From Tubiluchus corallicola (Eukaryota; Animalia; Priapulida): 12,889 nt of DNA. Below, piece by piece: positions 8,347 to 12,889 of the stretch (the stretch's first letter is position 1; the number at the start of each line of letters is the position of its first letter). The stretch spans positions 1-12,889 of the forward strand of contig JAQGDQ010000893.1 in assembly GCA_030141605.1 (NCBI GenBank), given 5' to 3'. Both the position numbers and the translations under genes were made by a program. The notes beneath the pieces were generated by a model. The model was not told the DNA's origin and did not search any database. It was given only the letters and a program-made list of their open reading frames with translations.

Positions 8347-9649
8347 TGACTCTCGCTGTATTTACATGTGGGAAAAGTCAAGCGATACGGTAGTGAAGAA
8401 AGTGGAGTACTCTCATTTTGGTATATTAGTGTTAAGCTCAAATCATAGGTTTGTCCACACTTACTTTAATGCACTGCATTTTATAGTTGAAAATACTAGT
8501 AACGATGTACAACGTGGAAAAGTTTTAACGTGGTATTTAGCGCTTGGCTGCTTTGTTGTTGCAGTTAATTTTCTGTTTTCTGATCATTTCTGCTTTAGAA
8601 ATGTTTCACTGCCAAGTTATCCTTTGCCTGATGTGCCGTGCAGACAACGTGTCTGACAAAGTGTGATCGCTTTTACGTTTTTCAGTATTCAAAATTGTAA
8701 TAACAACAGCAGATTCTTTGGTACGATCGACGAGAAAAGAACTAGACAGTGAGGCAGTAATGACAGTTTTGTTCCAAAGGCTTTACTGACGTTTTGACCC
8801 TATGCAGACCGGTTATACAGACTGACACTTTGTGAGATTCAAAAGCAAAAGAAAATGGAAAACTAGGAATTTCAGAAAACATTTTTTACCTCAGTAAAAG
8901 AGCTTAAGAAAACTTTTGTGGCATTTTTTTCTAATGTACGAATGGTGTTTCTGAGAAGAAAAGCTGTAAATATGTAAGTCAAAAATATTCTCATAGTCCA
9001 CAGTTTGACTGCTGATCGACGTGCAAATAAGTTTTATGCAGTTTTGAGCACCTTTATTCTAGATTATTTTTTGCCATGTCTAGCAGGATAGATGTGCGAT
9101 TCTATTTGTGGCAAAGCAACAGGATGTTCTATGTTCACCCCGGTCGCATTTTGTGTGATTTTTGCGTTAAAGAAACATGTAAAATCGGAAGAGTTTTTGT
9201 TAAATTGGTAAGGTTGAAATGTCTTACTGCTAACCTAGACTAAATATAGTTTTTATGAGATTTATTTACAAAGGTTAATTATCACCTTACTTACTGTGCA
9301 TCTGAACCCGAAATACTGGCTAGCAGCTTACCTGCAGCTTGATCTAATTCGCAGGAATACTCGGCACACCTATTGTCCATACAGCCTACACGTAGTTTAA
9401 ATAATGGTGCAATAACATCATAGTATTCTGCATACTGTATTTGTTACTATAAATTTGATGTTACTTGCAGGTTTGTAAAATAACTGATTCTTATAAGTTT
9501 ATTTGCTATAAATGGATAATTACTATAGTAAGAAACGTTTTTATTAATATATAAATCATTACTCGCAATAACCGTTCTGGTCCGTATTCACAGTGCTCTG
9601 CTGGGGCCACTGGCTGTCTACTGTACTGCAGCTGTTAATTGCCGCTCGC

Positions 9650-9690
9650 TGACGTGACGTCACAGCACTGAGTGTCATGGCGGGCGAAAA
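9650..9690 (+). promoter_or_regulatory. CRE plus YY1/E2F-like motifs within the transposon right end
   Basis: TGACGTGACGTCA (9650-9662) and ATGGCGGGCGAAAA (9677-9690) in a local GC-rich patch. Confidence 0.35.
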
Positions 9691-9843
9691 TATTTGTGAC
9701 AGTACCAACGGCACTGAATCTAAGTTACCATATCACATAAAAGCATGCATCAAATCTGTTTTGAAATTTGAGATATATGTAAATCTGTCTATGTTATAAA
9801 AGAAAATAACATAAAAAATAGTGTCATAGGACCTTTAAATCAT

Positions 9844-11087
9844 GCTGCTAGCCATTATTTTGGGTTAGATGCACAGTAAGTAAGGAAATAATGAACAGCT
9901 CTGGCTAAACTTCATGAAAACTAAATTTTGCCTAGGTTAGCAGTAAGACTTTTCAATGCTAACAATTTAACGGAAATTTCCAATTTTAATGACAACCTCC
10001 CTTTCTTCACGGTTTGAGATATTTCTTCCGATTTTTTACACGTTACTTTAATCGCACAAAACGCGACCGTAGTGAAGATAGAACATCCTGTTACTTTGCC
10101 ACAAATAGAATCGCACATCTATCCTGCTAGACATGGCAAAAATAGTTTGGGCAGCTAAACCTAGAGTAAAGGTGCTCAACTGCATAAAATTTATTTGCAC
10201 ATTGATCAGCAGTCAAACTGTAGACTATTATAATATTTTTGCCTTACATATTTACAGCTTTTCTTCTCAGAAACCTCATTCGTACATTCGAAAAAAACGC
10301 CACAAAGATTTTCTTAAGTGTCTAAAAATGAAGCGTTCTTTTAATGAGGTAAAAATGTTTTCTGAAATTACAAGTTTTCCATTTTCTTTTGCTTTTGAAT
10401 CTCACAAAGTGTCAGACTGTATACCCGCTCTGCACAGGCTCAAAACGTCAGTAAAGCCTTTGGAACAAAACTGTCATTACTGCCTCACTGTCTAGTTCTT
10501 TTCTCGTCGATCCTACCAAAGAATCTGCTGTTGTTATTACAATTTTAAATACTGAAAAACGTAAAAGCGATCACTCTTTGTGAGACGCATTGTCTAAACG
10601 GCACATCAGGCATAGGATAACTTGGCAGTGAAACATTTCTAAAGCAGAAATGATCAGAAAACTGCAACAAGAAGCAGCCAAATGCTAAATACAACGCTAA
10701 AACTTACACGTTGTACTTCGTTACTAATATCTTTTATCTATGAAATATAGTGCATTCATCTAAGTACGGACAAAACTTTGATTTGAGCTTAACACTAAAT
10801 GCCTTCAGCGAGTACCCCAGTCTCCCCATTACCGGCGCACCACTTGGCATGGCCACATGTAAATAAAACGAGAGCCACACATGCGCAGTGCCGTTTCTTT
10901 TAACACGTCACTTCCACTTTCTTCTCCATTTGTCGTTTTTCACAAGATGTCTGTGCGGCGCTAAATTTGAAGAGTTTCAGTGTTAACCAAAGCAAAACAC
11001 GCAAGTTAATAAAGAAGTAATGCCTTTTTTCGCGCAAGTCAGTAGTAAATTTTGACAGGAGGTGTCTACCAAGGTGTCAGTGGACCT
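9844..11087 (-). mobile_element. Inverted, truncated second copy of the same Kolobok-like family (copy 2)
   Basis: The reverse complement aligns collinearly to 8132-~9327, with an exact 73-bp match 10440-10512 vs 8725-8797. Terminus ...GTGTCAGTGGACCT at 11087 is followed by TTAT. It lacks the ~500-bp right end. Confidence 0.85.
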
Positions 11088-12468
11088 TTATGTAATCTTG
11101 CGGTACGGCAGCTGCACTTGCACGTAGCAGCGTTTAAGGAAGATGACAACCTACTGAGAACAGCACTGTGCACGAGAAGACTTATCTAGTAACCGAGAAC
11201 CTTTAATAGAACTACGAAGTGATCGCTGATGTCTCCTCCAAAACCTTGTTGGTGATATGTACTAAGATCGTATATCTTAAGATCATATAAACTATGAACA
11301 TTCTATAGAACTAGAAACGGTAACAAGATCTAAGAAGTCCGCAATATTATTTAGACTGTCGTTACAAAAGTGAATTTGACATTACTTACTTCAGTGTGAC
11401 AAATATAACTACAAGTAAATAAAGTAAATAAAGAATTAGTCCACATGATTATTTCACTTATGTCTTCAGAAAGTGTTAAAACATAAAATGTATAAAGGTA
11501 CAAATTTTTCCTAAGTTTCTCAAAATAATAGTATTTTTGAAAAATTAACAAGTAATTATGTGTTTTTATCTTTTCAACGTTCAAACAAAACACTAAAAAT
11601 AACTTACAAACTGCTTTTAAATTAGTTGAACTTTATAACACCTGACACTTAGTTATACTGGCGTTACAGCTCTGCCTAGTAGTAAGCATTAGCTGAATTT
11701 GGCGGGAACTGTTTGCTGGTTCAGAAGCTACGCGCATACGTTTATAGTGACATCTATCGTGAAAAAACAGTGTGAACAGAAATGATTGTGATAAAACTAA
11801 GCTATGAGCGCATCTTTCAACATAGCCTTATACTTTTAATATAATATGCTGTTTTGACTTGCAAAGCTCACATTTGGTTTGGTTTTTCGACTGAACTTTA
11901 GCACACACATGTGTCATTTAACTGCAAAACCAACATATTCAGACCTCCATTTGTGATTAGCCTTTTTCTAAATGTTCATTCAAAATATATTAAAACCTCA
12001 TCAAGAATGAAAATTATCATGTCAATGAGCATATTACAATAGAACTCTAATATGCCATCCCACAAAACTAAATTTGATGCATACATTCATAACATACTTT
12101 TATTCCATTATGTTTCTACTCACATTGCTAAGATAAGATAAGTTAAGAAAGATTTTCGTTCAATAGATCACCCCAGAGTCCCCTGTGCTGCTGTCAGACA
12201 GCAAAAAACAACAACAAGAGATACCCCTCTTCTTTCACGTTACAACGCAATACACATCACATTTATTATGCCTTACTAAATTTTATTAAGCTTAAACAAA
12301 AGTGATCATTCCTTAGTGTACAATGTTAATCAACTTTTCCACTGTACAATGTTAATCCATTAACCTTAAGCAAAGTTGATCCATTTTCCTAGTATTTTGT
12401 TTGAACATTAATGTTTTTACATGGTTATGTAATAAGCAATGTAGCTAAACTGACGCTTGTACCTGCTA

Positions 12469-12736
12469 CCCAGGCAACACACAATTATGTCACAATGAGG
12501 TCACGATCTTGTCAGAATTTTGATAAAAAATATATAAAATATTGTCACGTTTTGGTAAAATATTGACATTTATATCCAATAATGGTACAACAATATACCA
12601 ATATTATCGTCCAATATTGTACATGCATTGTTAAAAAATATTGGTACAATGTTGTGGCATGCCCCTATTTCCATATTGACCCAATATTTGCAAAAATGTT
12701 GTTACAACATTGTTACATATTGGCGCACTGCCTGGG
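12469..12736. mobile_element. 268-bp MITE with CCCAGGCA terminal inverted repeats and TA flanks (CMC/EnSpm-like, tentative)
   Basis: TA|CCCAGGCA (12467-12476) ... TGCCTGGG|TA (12729-12738). The interior is packed with AATATT(G)/CAATATT/AATGTTG motifs in both orientations, like the subterminal repeats of CACTA/EnSpm elements. Confidence 0.7.
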
Positions 12737-12889
12737 TAACGTTTGGCTTACTATATCGAATAGGGCAAATTTTAAACTTAAAAAACATAAAGCATGTAGA
12801 TTCTTGGTGGAGGTGAAATAACCTTTACTCGTCTTTAAAATTTCATATTAACAAGTCAACAGCAGTTGAAAGTTACTTTGTTAGAGGAT

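Larger units (their letters stand above)
8132..9834 (+). mobile_element. Full-length non-autonomous Kolobok/T2-MITE-like DNA transposon (1703 bp), copy 1
   Basis: TTAA on both sides (8128-8131 and 9835-9838). Left end AAGTCCACTGAAAC; right end GTGTCATAGGACCT (reverse complement AGGTCCTATGACAC). Copy 2 gives the left end as AGGTCCACTGACAC, 12/14 identical to the right end. A TTAA target site with AGG termini is characteristic of Kolobok/T2 elements. No transposase ORF. Confidence 0.75.

Noticed and set aside
8177-8656. 159-aa ORF as a transposase or THAP protein
   Set aside because: Non-ATG start, no THAP C2CH or DDE motif, and the inverted copy has indels and stops over this region.
8128-9838. 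piggyBac classification based on TTAA
   Set aside because: piggyBac ends begin CCY; these begin A(A/G)GTCC, which fits Kolobok/T2.
10133-10495. 120-aa ORF in copy 2
   Set aside because: The homologous frame in copy 1 stops after 7 codons (ATG GCA AAA AAT AAT CTA GAA TAA). No recognisable domain.
8128-11091. Assembly artefact (foldback chimera), or copy 1 nested inside copy 2
   Set aside because: The arms differ by many substitutions and indels, unlike a read chimera. The missing end of copy 2 is not visible upstream of 8128.
11698-11708. E2F site TTTGGCGGGAA
   Set aside because: A single short motif with no supported gene or TSS nearby.
12317-12357. 15-bp direct repeat TGTACAATGTTAATC
   Set aside because: Real, but only two copies; most simply a local slippage duplication.

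Overview
AT-rich, essentially non-coding eukaryotic DNA, probably from an animal such as a marine invertebrate (inference from repeat content). It is not prokaryotic, and I can support no intact protein-coding gene. Most listed ORFs are translations of microsatellites or a minisatellite. In order, the window holds: (1) the 3' end of a non-LTR retrotransposon with a C-terminal CCHC zinc knuckle (1-~503); (2) possible decayed exon-like sequence (540-1086); (3) two diverged copies of an internally tandem-repeated family (~2815-3278 and ~3799-4221); (4) three long (ATT)n-type microsatellites, two of which look like expanded retroposon tails; (5) a 36-bp minisatellite of about 20 units that appears to have grown out of degenerate triplet repeats; (6) a ~3-kb imperfect palindrome (8132-11087); (7) a 268-bp CCCAG-terminated MITE with TA flanks (12469-12736). 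The palindrome is the most striking feature. It consists of a complete TTAA-flanked non-autonomous Kolobok/T2-like DNA transposon abutted by an inverted, truncated, patchily diverged second copy, and the element carries promoter-type motifs near both ends. All alignments were made by eye, so identities are approximate unless stated as exact.
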